From contig OZ220744.1 in assembly GCA_965116925.1 (NCBI GenBank), forward strand, positions 6,407,378 to 6,471,377: 64,000 nucleotides of DNA, written 5' to 3'. Each line of letters starts with the position of its first letter. The stretch's first letter is position 1. A program made the position numbers and the translations under genes. The stretch is from Candidatus Poribacteria bacterium. Its GTDB lineage: Bacteria > Poribacteria > WGA-4E > PCPOR2b. Below the pieces are notes generated by a model, which saw only the letters and a list, made by a program, of their open reading frames with translations, was not told where the DNA came from and did not search any database. Shown here one piece after another: positions 1 to 9,925 of this stretch.

Positions 1-211
1 GGAGCACTTCACCCAGTTAAACGCTGACTATTTCCAATAATAAAGTGCTATAAAACCTTGAGATGCTGAAAATAGTGTAATGGTCTGGGTGCTGGTTGAC
101 GCTATCAATCTTGCTGACTACAGTCCCATCCTTCAGGTTGGGGCTGTAGTCAGCCAACCCCTATTAAGTGAGTCAAAAAAGGTATCTCACTGGTTCAGAC
201 GGTGCAGTACG

Positions 212-1315
212 TCAAGAGTGTTTATTTAGTTGCACATGTCCAATGAACAACTCTTCGGGCAGGAAACTCGTTGTCTCAGTAGCGTGCCTATATTCAAAAC
301 CCTCGGTCGTGACGACCCCCATCGCAGTAAAGTACTTGGACTCGCCACTCGTTCCGCTCTTGTTTCCCCCGCTGTGACCCCGTAGCCAATTGGGATCAAT
401 GACCTGTTCCCCCTTCCAGATACCACCCGTTGCGTTCAGATGACCAAACCGAGCGAGGTCCGATGCACTGATGACGACCCAGCCGGGACCGCTGCGGACA
501 GGGTGCCCGTTAATCTCATAGGGAGGGTCGAGATAGGTGTACGAATCTGGAATTGTGGGATACAAATATTTCTCGTTTTTGACATAGCCGCCGGTGAGCC
601 AATCCCATCGCTCTGCAGGAATCCCTATCCGGTCAAAGAGTCTCTCCTGAATAATATTCTTCAGGTCATCCCCCAAGACGTAGGTAAGTGCTTGGCTTAA
701 GCGCCAGAACCCGGCACTACTATAGAGACCAACTGTGCCCGGCTCAGCATGGGAGTAGAGGTCATAGAAAGGGTCACCGCTCCACTTGGACCATTCGGGA
801 ACGCCCGGTATAAGGTTTGCTTCCTCAAGTCCTGTAACCTTCTCCCGCCAACGAATCCCTAACTCTATCGGAAATCCTCCGTAGTGAAGGGACTCGTGCT
901 TTGATCCAATGAGATGTCTCCAAGTCAGGTGCTTATGATGCCCTTCGGTCAGATATTTGTGAGGGTGGGAGAGCTCGCCCTCGCCGGTCCACTGTTTGTT
1001 AATCGGCTCGTCCGGATTGATGCGTCCGTCTGCAACTGCGAAACCGAGAAGTGCCCACATAAAAGCCTTTCCGACAGAGGCGGTTTGATGCCGATAATGC
1101 GGATCTCCCCAAGCGTGGATTAAATAACCACCGCGGGTAATCACGGCACCGTATTTGTCGCCGGAGTGATCCTCTCCGCCGAAAGACGCCCCTTTGACCT
1201 CCATGCCCCCTATAAAGGCTCCGAATTTTTTAGAATCAAGCCCCGCCTCCTCTGCCGTAATCTCAACCCAATCATCTTCAGGAAATGTTACCCAATCGGG
1301 AAGTTCAATAGTCAT
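212..1315 (-). CDS. Serine hydrolase, beta-lactamase/PBP class C-like family
   Basis: 367 aa ORF; SxxK motif (ASVGK), YxS motif (LYSS), SASDLARFG segment typical of the family; SD GAGGAGG upstream. Confidence 0.8.
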   Translation of the reverse strand: MTIELPDWVTFPEDDWVEITAEEAGLDSKKFGAFIGGMEVKGASFGGEDHSGDKYGAVITRGGYLIHAWGDPHYRHQTASVGKAFMWALLGFAVADGRINPDEPINKQWTGEGELSHPHKYLTEGHHKHLTWRHLIGSKHESLHYGGFPIELGIRWREKVTGLEEANLIPGVPEWSKWSGDPFYDLYSHAEPGTVGLYSSAGFWRLSQALTYVLGDDLKNIIQERLFDRIGIPAERWDWLTGGYVKNEKYLYPTIPDSYTYLDPPYEINGHPVRSGPGWVVISASDLARFGHLNATGGIWKGEQVIDPNWLRGHSGGNKSGTSGESKYFTAMGVVTTEGFEYRHATETTSFLPEELFIGHVQLNKHS

Positions 1316-1411
1316 CCGATGCCTCCTCTCTCAATAACCTTTGGTCCGAGTTAGTGAGGGTTTGGTTCAAAAGTCCATTCATGAACCAATGAACTAATGC
1401 ACTAAGGTATT

Positions 1412-1699
1412 TATAGTGGATCTTAGAATTAATGGGACACTTCAAACGGGTGCGGTTAGGAAAACGGAACTACCGTTCTCCCGTTTGGTAGGCACTGTTT
1501 CCAACTGTGCCTATTCGGTGCGGTTGAATGAAAATTAAAAAAACAGTTCGGTAATTTGCTAGCGACGCCGGCGCGGTTTCAAACCGCGCCTACCGTATGT
1601 TTCGAGGAAAATAGGGATTACCGATTTAAATACTTAAACTTCATCAAACCGCACCTACCGGTGGGTGAGAGTGTCTATTTATTTTTAGAATTCACTATA
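1412..1699. mobile_element. MITE-like element with TATAGTG termini carrying nested REP-like palindromes
   Basis: Left end tatagtggatcttagaattaatgggacact is an imperfect inverted repeat of right end agtgtctatttatttttagaattcactata; internal palindromes such as ggcgcggtttcaaaccgcgcc; related copy at 52094-52231. Confidence 0.65.
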
Positions 1700-1708
1700 G
1701 TTATTCGC

Positions 1709-1737
1709 TTGACAGCAATTTTGTCTTAGTATATTCT
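1709..1737 (+). promoter_or_regulatory. Sigma70-type promoter
   Basis: TTGACA-17 nt-TATTCT upstream of the CDS at 1823. Confidence 0.55.
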
Positions 1738-1822
1738 TTTGGTGTTCACAACTCAATTAAAAAAGGAGAGAAGCGGTTGAGTACTTAAATCTGAATTTTG
1801 AGTCTCCCGCTGCACAATTTCT

Positions 1823-2773
1823 ATGAAATTACTTGTTGCTTCATCATGGTCCCAAGAGCGACTCGAAGAGGCACAGAAAACCTTTCCCGAAGTCCAGTTC
1901 ACCGTCGCTGCCGACCAAGATGATATTCTGCGCGAAATTGTTGACGCTGAAGCTGTTTTCGGCGCAATCAATCGGGAAGCCTTTCTCGCAGCCAAACAGT
2001 TGAAGTGGATCCAAAATACAGGTGCCGGAGTAGAAAGATTGGCGAGAATCTCTGAGATAGCAGAGAGCGATGTCACTGTTACCAACACTCGTGGTTCTCA
2101 CGCTGCCACAATCGCCGAGCACGGTTTTGGATTGTTGATTAGCCTTACACGCCAATTACCAAGTCTTTTGGACGCACAACGCGAACACAACTGGACACGT
2201 CCATTCAGCGGGCCTCAGGTCGGCTTGACCGGTTTGACGCTGGGAGTGGTTGGCATGGGCAATATCGGTCGTGCCATTGCTAAGCGCGGCCACGGCTTTG
2301 ATATGGAGGTCATTGGGGTTGACATCAACGAAGTGCCCAAGCCCGATTTTGTGGCTGAACTGAGTTTGTTGGACGGACTCGACGATCTGATGCGACGTTC
2401 AGATGTCGTGGCAGTTGCCGCCCCTATCACACCAGAAACCGCCGGGATGCTCGGTCCTGAACAGCTCAGACTCATGAAGCCGACAGCCTACCTGATAGTT
2501 GTTTCGCGGGGAGGTATTATAGACGAAGATACGCTCATGCAGATGCTGAACGATGGGCAGCTTGCCGGTGCTGGATTGGATGTTACGGCGATAGAACCGC
2601 TGCCCGAAGACAGTCCGCTTTGGGATACGCCGAACTTGCTGATAACCCCACACTGTTCTGGAGGTTCCTCCCAGACCGCTGCTGCGGGCAAAGCCATTTT
2701 TTATGACAATTTACGGCGATACCTCGCCAAAGAGCCGCTCACGAATTTGGTCGATCTGAAGCGGGGATTCTAA
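1823..2773 (+). CDS. D-2-hydroxyacid dehydrogenase (NAD-binding)
   Basis: GMGNIG Rossmann motif; SRGG, LDV, E and TPH catalytic motifs. Confidence 0.92.
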   Translation: MKLLVASSWSQERLEEAQKTFPEVQFTVAADQDDILREIVDAEAVFGAINREAFLAAKQLKWIQNTGAGVERLARISEIAESDVTVTNTRGSHAATIAEHGFGLLISLTRQLPSLLDAQREHNWTRPFSGPQVGLTGLTLGVVGMGNIGRAIAKRGHGFDMEVIGVDINEVPKPDFVAELSLLDGLDDLMRRSDVVAVAAPITPETAGMLGPEQLRLMKPTAYLIVVSRGGIIDEDTLMQMLNDGQLAGAGLDVTAIEPLPEDSPLWDTPNLLITPHCSGGSSQTAAAGKAIFYDNLRRYLAKEPLTNLVDLKRGF

Positions 2774-2774
2774 A

Positions 2775-2802
2775 GTGAAACGTGATGCGTGAAACGTGAA
2801 AA
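2775..2802. repeat. Heptamer tandem repeat (GTGAAAC-like)
   Basis: gtgaaac gtgatgc gtgaaac gtgaaaa; same family at 23624, ~30845-30910 and 54093. Confidence 0.7.
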
Positions 2803-2907
2803 CCGTTTGTTGATGAACTCGTGAATTCGTTGGCGCAGTCGAGCTAGGAAACTCGACCTGCGGGGCTCAAAAAAGACAGCGCAACATGCAAAGAAAAACC
2901 GAGTGTT

Positions 2908-3759
2908 TTACATTAAGGCCGCACCGGGAAATGTACCCCAAGGGACCGCTTTTGCCTCGCCCTCATAGACCGGCAGGAATTCCTGTGTGATGTGTCGCGT
3001 CTGTTCAACCCAGTCAGCCCACTCTGATCTGCTGGTGATGTGGTCGCGGATTAGTGCCTTAACTTCGGCGGGCATGTCGTCATAGGCGGGCCAATACCAG
3101 ATTGTGAGCACTGTGCGGCGTTGGTCGGTCTGGTTGGCACGGGCGGAATGCAACAGACGCGAGTCGCCGACAACAACATCGCCAGCGCGAACTGGCACGT
3201 TAACCTCATCCTCAATCTGTTGGAAGGCGAGATGATCCATATCGGTTGCGCGGGTTACAGTGTCGTCGTCCCTCGGTCGCATATCGTGCAGCGCGTGGCG
3301 TTTCAGGTGAGAGCCGGGAATCAAACGCAAACAGCCGTTGTGTATATTCGTGTCGACCAAATAGTACATCAGGAAATACTGCTGCGGTTGATTGGTGTAG
3401 CTGATGGGGTGTTCCCACAACACCCCGTCTTGGTGCCAGTATAACGGTGGGCTGTGCGGAGGCTTGCTGATCACAAAGCCGCTCCAGAATTTAGGGAAGT
3501 CAAATCCCAATTCACCGAAGACCGCCATCGCACCAGGATCAATAAGGAGTTCGGTGAAGACTGGATGGGGGCAAGTCCAGTAGGGAATGATGCACCCCTG
3601 TGAACGGTGCTGCTCAAAGTGCTCCTCATCCTGTTGCGCGATCATCCATTCGCTCATGGCATTTAGCTTTGCTACCATCTCCGGTGCTATTACATTCTCG
3701 AAGACGCAGAAACCATCCCGCATGAGTTGATCTCGTTTCTCCTTAGCGATGATTGGCAT
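2908..3759 (-). CDS. Phytanoyl-CoA dioxygenase (PhyH) family Fe(II)/2OG dioxygenase
   Basis: WHQD motif, NGCL..IPGSH, distal LLH; start moved to ATG 3759 behind SD AAGGAG (track ORF starts 3792). Confidence 0.9.
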   Translation of the reverse strand: MPIIAKEKRDQLMRDGFCVFENVIAPEMVAKLNAMSEWMIAQQDEEHFEQHRSQGCIIPYWTCPHPVFTELLIDPGAMAVFGELGFDFPKFWSGFVISKPPHSPPLYWHQDGVLWEHPISYTNQPQQYFLMYYLVDTNIHNGCLRLIPGSHLKRHALHDMRPRDDDTVTRATDMDHLAFQQIEDEVNVPVRAGDVVVGDSRLLHSARANQTDQRRTVLTIWYWPAYDDMPAEVKALIRDHITSRSEWADWVEQTRHITQEFLPVYEGEAKAVPWGTFPGAALM

Positions 3760-3798
3760 TGATGGTTCTCCTTTCGTGTTAGCAGATTCCATTTGAGT

Positions 3799-4536
3799 CT
3801 ATTGGGGTTTCACCACAGCTTTCCTCGCGGTCGCCTCGGTCGTATGGTGGTTCCAACCGCGCAACACCAAATTCTCACTAAACTGGTAGAGGTCCTCCTT
3901 CCGATCCTTGCCGGAAAACATCCTCGCAATAACTACCTTCCTCGGCTTCTCAGAGCGGTTGGACTGTGAGCCGTGTACGATAAAGTAATCAAAGAAGGTA
4001 ACATCACCGGGCTCGGCTTCAATCACCGTGGCACCTTCAAATGGAAACTTTTCGTGAAATTCAGGATCAACCGCCTTTGAGCTCTCCATTCGTCCCTGTT
4101 TATGTGATCCGGGGTAGACCCTTAGACATCCTATTTCTTCAGTCGCTTCGCTGACGTGAATCATTCCGGCGATCATGGTGTTCTTTTGGGTTGGCAGGTA
4201 ACTCCAGTCTTGGTGCATCTTGAAGGGGGGTTCTCCGGTTGTCTGTCGCTTCTCAAAGAGTGTCGAATGGTTGAGGACGATGTCGGGACCGATGAACTGT
4301 TCAACAATGTCGAGGAACCCTTTGTGAAGCAGGGCTGTCAGCCATAGACTAGAATACTGCTGCACATTACGCGTGGAGATGACGCCATTATGATTTGGAT
4401 CGTCTTCATTGGGTTTTTCGAGTTGTCCCACAATTCGATCAAACTCGCTCTCAAGTGTGCTTATCTCATCTGCTGAGAAAACACCTTTTGCCAAGTAGTA
4501 GCCGTTCTCATCGAAAAAGGTTTGGATCTTGCTCAT
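3799..4536 (-). CDS. PhyH family dioxygenase
   Basis: MHQD, GCLRVYPGSH and VHGS..N.S...R motifs. Confidence 0.9.
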   Translation of the reverse strand: MSKIQTFFDENGYYLAKGVFSADEISTLESEFDRIVGQLEKPNEDDPNHNGVISTRNVQQYSSLWLTALLHKGFLDIVEQFIGPDIVLNHSTLFEKRQTTGEPPFKMHQDWSYLPTQKNTMIAGMIHVSEATEEIGCLRVYPGSHKQGRMESSKAVDPEFHEKFPFEGATVIEAEPGDVTFFDYFIVHGSQSNRSEKPRKVVIARMFSGKDRKEDLYQFSENLVLRGWNHHTTEATARKAVVKPQ

Positions 4537-4914
4537 GGTCGAAGCCTCCTTGTAAACACAATCTCAACCCCTAAATTTCCCCGAAATTAATAGATCTTGC
4601 GTCCGCCTTTGAAGAGTGGTAACATATCTTTGCTGTGGGCAGCTGTGACCAGATAGCATACCTCTGAACTGAGGACATAGCCCCAGCGCATACTGACATG
4701 GTTAGTCAGAAAATCTTCGGTTCAAAATGCAATTATACATAGGGTAAATTACGCGGTCAAGCGAAAACGGGAAAGTGGTTCAAGCATCACTTTAAAGCAG
4801 CTGACAGCACGGCATCGTTCGCTATAGATTAGGAAGGCGCTTCGTGCAATCATTGTGCGTATGGATTTTCGATAGTTTAGGTCAAATTGAATAGTATCTC
4901 TGAAAGGAAAACAA

Positions 4915-5895
4915 ATGCAAGGAATCATTAGAACCGGTGACGGAGGACCGGAGGTCTTGGAATTAGGGGAGGTTGCTGCCCCCACTCCTGGAGCCACACA
5001 ACTGTTGATTGACGTAAAAGCAACCGCGCTCAATCGAGCGGATACCATACAACGGCAAGGGGGATATCCACCCCCGCCCGGCGAATCAGAAATCTTGGGC
5101 TTGGAGCTTGCCGGGGTTGTTGCAGCGTGGGGTGATGAAGTGGAAGGCTTCGAGCGAGGTGACCGCGTGTTCGGCCTGGTCGGCGGCGGTGCTTACGCAG
5201 AACAGGCGGTCATTGACTATCGCATGGCAATGCCAATTCCTGACGATTGGAGTTTTGAGAAGGCGGCGGCGGTCACGGAGGTCTTCTTTACCGCCAATGA
5301 GACGCTCTTCACCCTCGGCGGCTTGCGTGCTGGGGAATCGGTGCTCATTCATGCCGGTGGCAGCGGTGTGGGGACGGCGGGAACGCAGATGGCGCATCAT
5401 GCGGGTGCTCATGTCTTTATCACAGCCGGTTCCGCAGAGAAAATTGAGAGAAGCAAGCAGCTCGGTTGTACAGAAGGCATCAATTATAAGAAACAGGACT
5501 TCGCGGAAGAGATTATGCGACTGACAGATGGGGAAGGTGTGGAGTTGGTTCAAGACTTCATCGGTGCGCCGTATTTGGAACGCAATCTCTCGATTCTCAA
5601 GACGCGAGGTCGTATGGTTATGGTTGGGTTGATGGGCGGTGCCGCTGCGGAACTTAATATGAGTCAAATCATGCGGAAACGGCTACAAGTCTTCGGATCG
5701 GTGATGCGTCCGCAGTCGATTGAAGAGAAGATTGGGATTACGCAGCGTTTTGTTGACCGATGGCTTCCCCTGCTCAAAGAAGGAAAGATTCAACCGATTA
5801 TTGATTGTGTGATGCCGTTATCGCAAGCTAGCGAAGCGCATGCGTATATGGAGGCGAATCGGAACTTCGGGAAGATTATCCTGAAGGTGGATTGA
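4915..5895 (+). CDS. NAD(P)H:quinone oxidoreductase, PIG3/zeta-crystallin family
   Basis: NRAD..QRQGGYPPPPG..ILGLE, HAGGSGVG and C-terminal GKIIL motifs. Confidence 0.92.
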   Translation: MQGIIRTGDGGPEVLELGEVAAPTPGATQLLIDVKATALNRADTIQRQGGYPPPPGESEILGLELAGVVAAWGDEVEGFERGDRVFGLVGGGAYAEQAVIDYRMAMPIPDDWSFEKAAAVTEVFFTANETLFTLGGLRAGESVLIHAGGSGVGTAGTQMAHHAGAHVFITAGSAEKIERSKQLGCTEGINYKKQDFAEEIMRLTDGEGVELVQDFIGAPYLERNLSILKTRGRMVMVGLMGGAAAELNMSQIMRKRLQVFGSVMRPQSIEEKIGITQRFVDRWLPLLKEGKIQPIIDCVMPLSQASEAHAYMEANRNFGKIILKVD

Positions 5896-5925
5896 AGTGT
5901 CGGATAGGTGAGGGCACGACATCAT

Positions 5926-7053
5926 TCAATGACGCTGGATTGGGATGATGCGAACCGTTGCCGAGAATGTCTCATCCGGCGACAAGACAATCACCCCGGC
6001 GGGTATGCCTTTCGCTTCCAAATTGATGGCGTCTGTTGGGCAGGTGTACGGTTCAAAACAGATAGAGGACCGTCCCGGCGGTTTATAAACGACCAATTCC
6101 CTGAATTGGTCGTCCGATTCCAAAACCGTGCCGCGTCCGGTATCTTGGTTGTCAATGATACAACGACTGATGCCATCTGTCAGCTGAACGTCTGTAAAAA
6201 CGTGGTCTAGTTCCGTATTGGCATAGGGTTGTCCATTTCGCAGATCCAACGCACCAGAAACGGGGTGTGTCGTTCCGGTTGGCACGAGTGCCTCATCAAG
6301 TTCCCAATATCTTGCGGTGGGGACAGTAATCATCGCCTGCGTTGCATCTGAGTCTGGAGCAAGGAGAGTGTGAAAATAGGGGTGGATGCCGAAACCCATC
6401 GGCATATTACGTGCGCCTGTATTGGTGATTGAAACATCCATTTTCAGACATAGTGTTGGTATCTCAGTGGACGACGCCGGTGCACCATTTGTCGGGCTAA
6501 CCGGTCCTAGGGTGTAGGTAATCTGAATCTTAAAAGGAAACGGATATTGCCGACCAATATCTGGGAAATCGCGGGTGTCAAGTGAACAGACCAGTATCGC
6601 GCCATCCCTGCCGGCGATGGAACTTTCGACCTGATACGGTTGATTGAGCAGCAATCCATGAATAGAGGTCGGGGATTCGGGCGGTTTGTCAAATTGATAG
6701 GTTTCGCCTTCAAACGTAAACGTGCCCCCCCGGATGCGGTTTGGAAACGGAAACAAGATCGGATTGCCGTAAGCGGTAGGACGTTCTTTTAACATTGCGA
6801 GATCCGGCGGCGATTCTATTACGTCCATCCATCTATCGCCGTCGGCGACCTTAAAAAGGTAACAGTTATTTCCAAGTTCCGGCACAATTTCAGCAGCGGC
6901 GAGCCAATCCGATGGCTTGATATCTGGATTCTCATTAAAAGTTTTAATGTTTGTCGGCGGCGAACTCAAAGCATTCGGTGTGTGTGCACTAAGGTGATAA
7001 ACTCGAAAATCGTCAACGGTTCTGTAACCTTCCGTATAGCTTAGATGCTCCAT
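5926..7053 (-). CDS. Aldose 1-epimerase family protein
   Basis: GNPILFPFPNRI, IHG, GIHPYF, LDHVF and CFEP motifs. Confidence 0.88.
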   Translation of the reverse strand: MEHLSYTEGYRTVDDFRVYHLSAHTPNALSSPPTNIKTFNENPDIKPSDWLAAAEIVPELGNNCYLFKVADGDRWMDVIESPPDLAMLKERPTAYGNPILFPFPNRIRGGTFTFEGETYQFDKPPESPTSIHGLLLNQPYQVESSIAGRDGAILVCSLDTRDFPDIGRQYPFPFKIQITYTLGPVSPTNGAPASSTEIPTLCLKMDVSITNTGARNMPMGFGIHPYFHTLLAPDSDATQAMITVPTARYWELDEALVPTGTTHPVSGALDLRNGQPYANTELDHVFTDVQLTDGISRCIIDNQDTGRGTVLESDDQFRELVVYKPPGRSSICFEPYTCPTDAINLEAKGIPAGVIVLSPDETFSATVRIIPIQRH

Positions 7054-7119
7054 AGTGTCACCTGTATCTGCCTATATTGGAATCGTGAAGATGAAGAAGA
7101 TAAGATGAAACGCTTTCCA

Positions 7120-8154
7120 TTATTCAGGACGCAACATCAACTTTACGCCCTCCCGTCTCTCAAAGAGATCAAATGCCTCCTGCCATTCGGAGATGTGCAT
7201 TTCATGGGTGATTAACGCCTTGGTGGAAACCATGCCGTGTTCCATCAGTTTGAGTGCACGCTCCCATGCGGTCTTTTTCTGAGAGATGAAGCCCGTCACC
7301 TGAAGTTCCTTAAAGGCAATCTGTTCAAAGTCGATGTTGATTGGATTGCCGAACAAACCCATCTGCGTATATTTCCCACGTTTGCGAGTCAGTTCGATGC
7401 CTAGGGGTGCTGCCGGTGCTGCCCCTGAGCATTCCAAGACAACATCGGCACCGTAGCCGCCCGTATGTGCCTTGATGACTTCCACCGCATCTTCCTTTTC
7501 GACATCTATCGTTAGGTCTGCGCCAAGCTCAGCCGCACGTTTAAGCCGATTTGCATCAACGGATGTGCCGCACACAGCGACAATGCCCCCTTCCGCCTTC
7601 GCGATTTGCAAACTGAGCAGTCCAATGGTTCCGGGACCAGTGATCGCGACAAAGTCGCCGGCGGAGACCTTCGTCTGCTCGATTACACCGTGGACACAGC
7701 AAGCGAGCGGCTCTGTCAATGATCCAGAGGTCAGGTCTACGTTTTCTGGAAGTTTGTGTAATCCGGTTTCGGGGGTGGTACAATATTTTGCGAACGCCCC
7801 ATTATGCCAATAACCGATAATCTCCCGGTGATTGCACAGGTTATAAAATCCTGAACGGCAATAGTCGCATCGTCCACAGATCGAAAAGGTTGGCTCAACG
7901 GTCACGCGATCCCCGACCTTGACACGGCTAATTTCCGAACCGCACTCGATGATTGTACCGCTAAATTCGTGACCGATGACAACCGGGGGACGCATCGGGA
8001 GGTTAATGTGATCGTGATGGATGTGCAGATCTGACCCACAAATCCCCGCGCTGTGCACCTTGATGAGCACTTCGTTGGCGTTAGGCTTCCGAACATCAAC
8101 ATCACGGAGTTCGGTGAATCCGTCACCACGCTGATATTTAACGACGCCTTTCAT
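7120..8154 (-). CDS. Zinc-dependent alcohol/polyol dehydrogenase (MDR)
   Basis: CGSD, GHE, CxxCxxC...C structural zinc site, GPGTIG. Confidence 0.92.
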   Translation of the reverse strand: MKGVVKYQRGDGFTELRDVDVRKPNANEVLIKVHSAGICGSDLHIHHDHINLPMRPPVVIGHEFSGTIIECGSEISRVKVGDRVTVEPTFSICGRCDYCRSGFYNLCNHREIIGYWHNGAFAKYCTTPETGLHKLPENVDLTSGSLTEPLACCVHGVIEQTKVSAGDFVAITGPGTIGLLSLQIAKAEGGIVAVCGTSVDANRLKRAAELGADLTIDVEKEDAVEVIKAHTGGYGADVVLECSGAAPAAPLGIELTRKRGKYTQMGLFGNPINIDFEQIAFKELQVTGFISQKKTAWERALKLMEHGMVSTKALITHEMHISEWQEAFDLFERREGVKLMLRPE

Positions 8155-8168
8155 CAGAACAACTCCTT

Positions 8169-8972
8169 TTATGTTTTTCGATAGATCACCGGACAGTGTG
8201 TGGGTGTATCAATGAATGCCGTTAATCCACTCCGGAGGTTGTCAACCGGTCTAGATTTTTCCGTGCGTAGATGGACTGCAAAACTCCGCCGTGGTTTCCC
8301 TGAGAGATTGGGGCCACTGCCATGATATGTGAGATTATCGTGGAAACTAATACCGCCGGGGCAAAGAATGGCGGGGACTTCTTCCCAGCTTTCACCGTCG
8401 GGCACTTCAATCTCTTCGCGTTGTGCTTCGTGGTCTTGTCCATAGAAATCGCTATGACCGAGCAATCCCCACTTGTGCGAACCGCGGACAAATTTCATGG
8501 GTCCAGCTTCGGGGGTAACATCGCTGAGTGCAACCCATGCTGTGAGCAGTTCGCTACCTTCCTCCCACGCCTGCCAATAGTGGCGGTCCTGATGCCAGCC
8601 AATATTCGTGAATACAATTCCATCGGGGTCAGCGGGAGGTTTATAGAGGAGTTGTACCCACCACACCTGCACCATCTCGGCCCCTGTGACTTCAGCTGCC
8701 AATTTTCCGATCGATGACTGGCTGACTAGTTCCATAATCGCACGGTTTGCAATCTGAGACATCTCTATCTTGCATAGCTTCTTTGGATCATCACCGGGAT
8801 TCCAAGCCGACGGACGTGGCGGCGTGCCTGTTTCGTATTCTCCCGCTCGGACCGCATCCATGCCTTTGATGGCGCGTTGAATGACTGCGTTATCAATAAC
8901 CGGCTCCGGGAAAAGATAGAACCCATCCACCTTATATTTTGCACGTGCCGTAGAGGATGTTGGCGTTTGCAT
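8169..8972 (-). CDS. PhyH family dioxygenase
   Basis: GWHQD, GPMKFVRGSH, TYHGSGPN; start either ATG 8972 or GTG 8993 overlapping the upstream stop. Confidence 0.9.
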   Translation of the reverse strand: MQTPTSSTARAKYKVDGFYLFPEPVIDNAVIQRAIKGMDAVRAGEYETGTPPRPSAWNPGDDPKKLCKIEMSQIANRAIMELVSQSSIGKLAAEVTGAEMVQVWWVQLLYKPPADPDGIVFTNIGWHQDRHYWQAWEEGSELLTAWVALSDVTPEAGPMKFVRGSHKWGLLGHSDFYGQDHEAQREEIEVPDGESWEEVPAILCPGGISFHDNLTYHGSGPNLSGKPRRSFAVHLRTEKSRPVDNLRSGLTAFIDTPTHCPVIYRKT

Positions 8973-8989
8973 CAATGTTTCCTTCCTAC

Positions 8990-9820
8990 TCACGATAGGT
9001 GAATCGACTTGAACGACTCAATTTGAGCGGTAATCGCACGTTCTGTCGGCAGACGTTCCGCACTTGATGCACCGTAGAACCCGACGACCCCAGTTGTGTT
9101 GTCGAGGATATACTGGGCATCTTCCGGCTCGGCGATGGGACCACCGTGACAAATGACCAAGATTTCAGGGTTGACCGACTTCGCTGCATCGTGGATAGCT
9201 TGCACCCGTTTGGCAGACTCTTCGAGCGTCAACGCCGTCTTTGCGCCGATACTACCCTTTGTTGTCAGTCCCATGTGGGCAACGAGGATGTCTGCGCCGG
9301 CATCTGCCATCTGTTCCGCCTCCGATTCCTTGAAGGCGTAGGGCGTTGTCAACATGCCGAGATTATGGGCGGTGCGAATCATCTCCACCTCTGGTCCATA
9401 CCCCATCCCCGTTTCTTCCAGATTTTGTCGAAATGTGCTATCAATTAAGCCCACAGTTGGGAAGTTCTGTACCCCAGAAAAGCCGATTGCGTCGATCTGT
9501 TTGAGGAATACATCCATTAGGCGAAACGGATCCGTCCCGCAGACACCTGCAAGCACGGGTATATTTTCAACAACCGGCAACACTTCGCTCGCCATCTCAA
9601 CCACAATCTGGTTCGCATCACCGTAGGGCATCATCCCCGCGAGCGATCCTCGACCTGCCATACGAAAACGGCCTGAGTTATAAATCACGATGAGGTCTAC
9701 ACCGCCAGCCTCTTCACACTTGGCAGAGATACCGGTTCCTGCGCCTGCACCGATAATCGGTTTGCCTGCCTCAACGTTTGTGCGCAATCGGCTTAAAATA
9801 TCTTCACGTTTGAATTTCAT
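8990..9820 (-). CDS. Phosphoenolpyruvate hydrolase-like TIM-barrel protein (TIM-barrel signal transduction / Tm-1 C-terminal family)
   Basis: [33 protein letters not shown] and [11 protein letters not shown] signatures; ATG 9820 behind GGAGG. Confidence 0.88.
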   Translation of the reverse strand: MKFKREDILSRLRTNVEAGKPIIGAGAGTGISAKCEEAGGVDLIVIYNSGRFRMAGRGSLAGMMPYGDANQIVVEMASEVLPVVENIPVLAGVCGTDPFRLMDVFLKQIDAIGFSGVQNFPTVGLIDSTFRQNLEETGMGYGPEVEMIRTAHNLGMLTTPYAFKESEAEQMADAGADILVAHMGLTTKGSIGAKTALTLEESAKRVQAIHDAAKSVNPEILVICHGGPIAEPEDAQYILDNTTGVVGFYGASSAERLPTERAITAQIESFKSIHLS

Positions 9821-9925
9821 TTGCACCTCCAAATCCATTTGGGATAAGTTACCTAGCCATTTATCGAGCGAATCCCCTTAAATTAAGCCGTGCGAGGGTT
9901 TCAAACTGTCGCACGGCGCAATACA

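Noticed and set aside
6455..6515. Apparent peptide insertion (GPVSPTNGAPASSTEIP) in the aldose epimerase as a mobile palindrome
   Set aside because: No clear inverted repeat or second copy in the window; could be an ordinary loop
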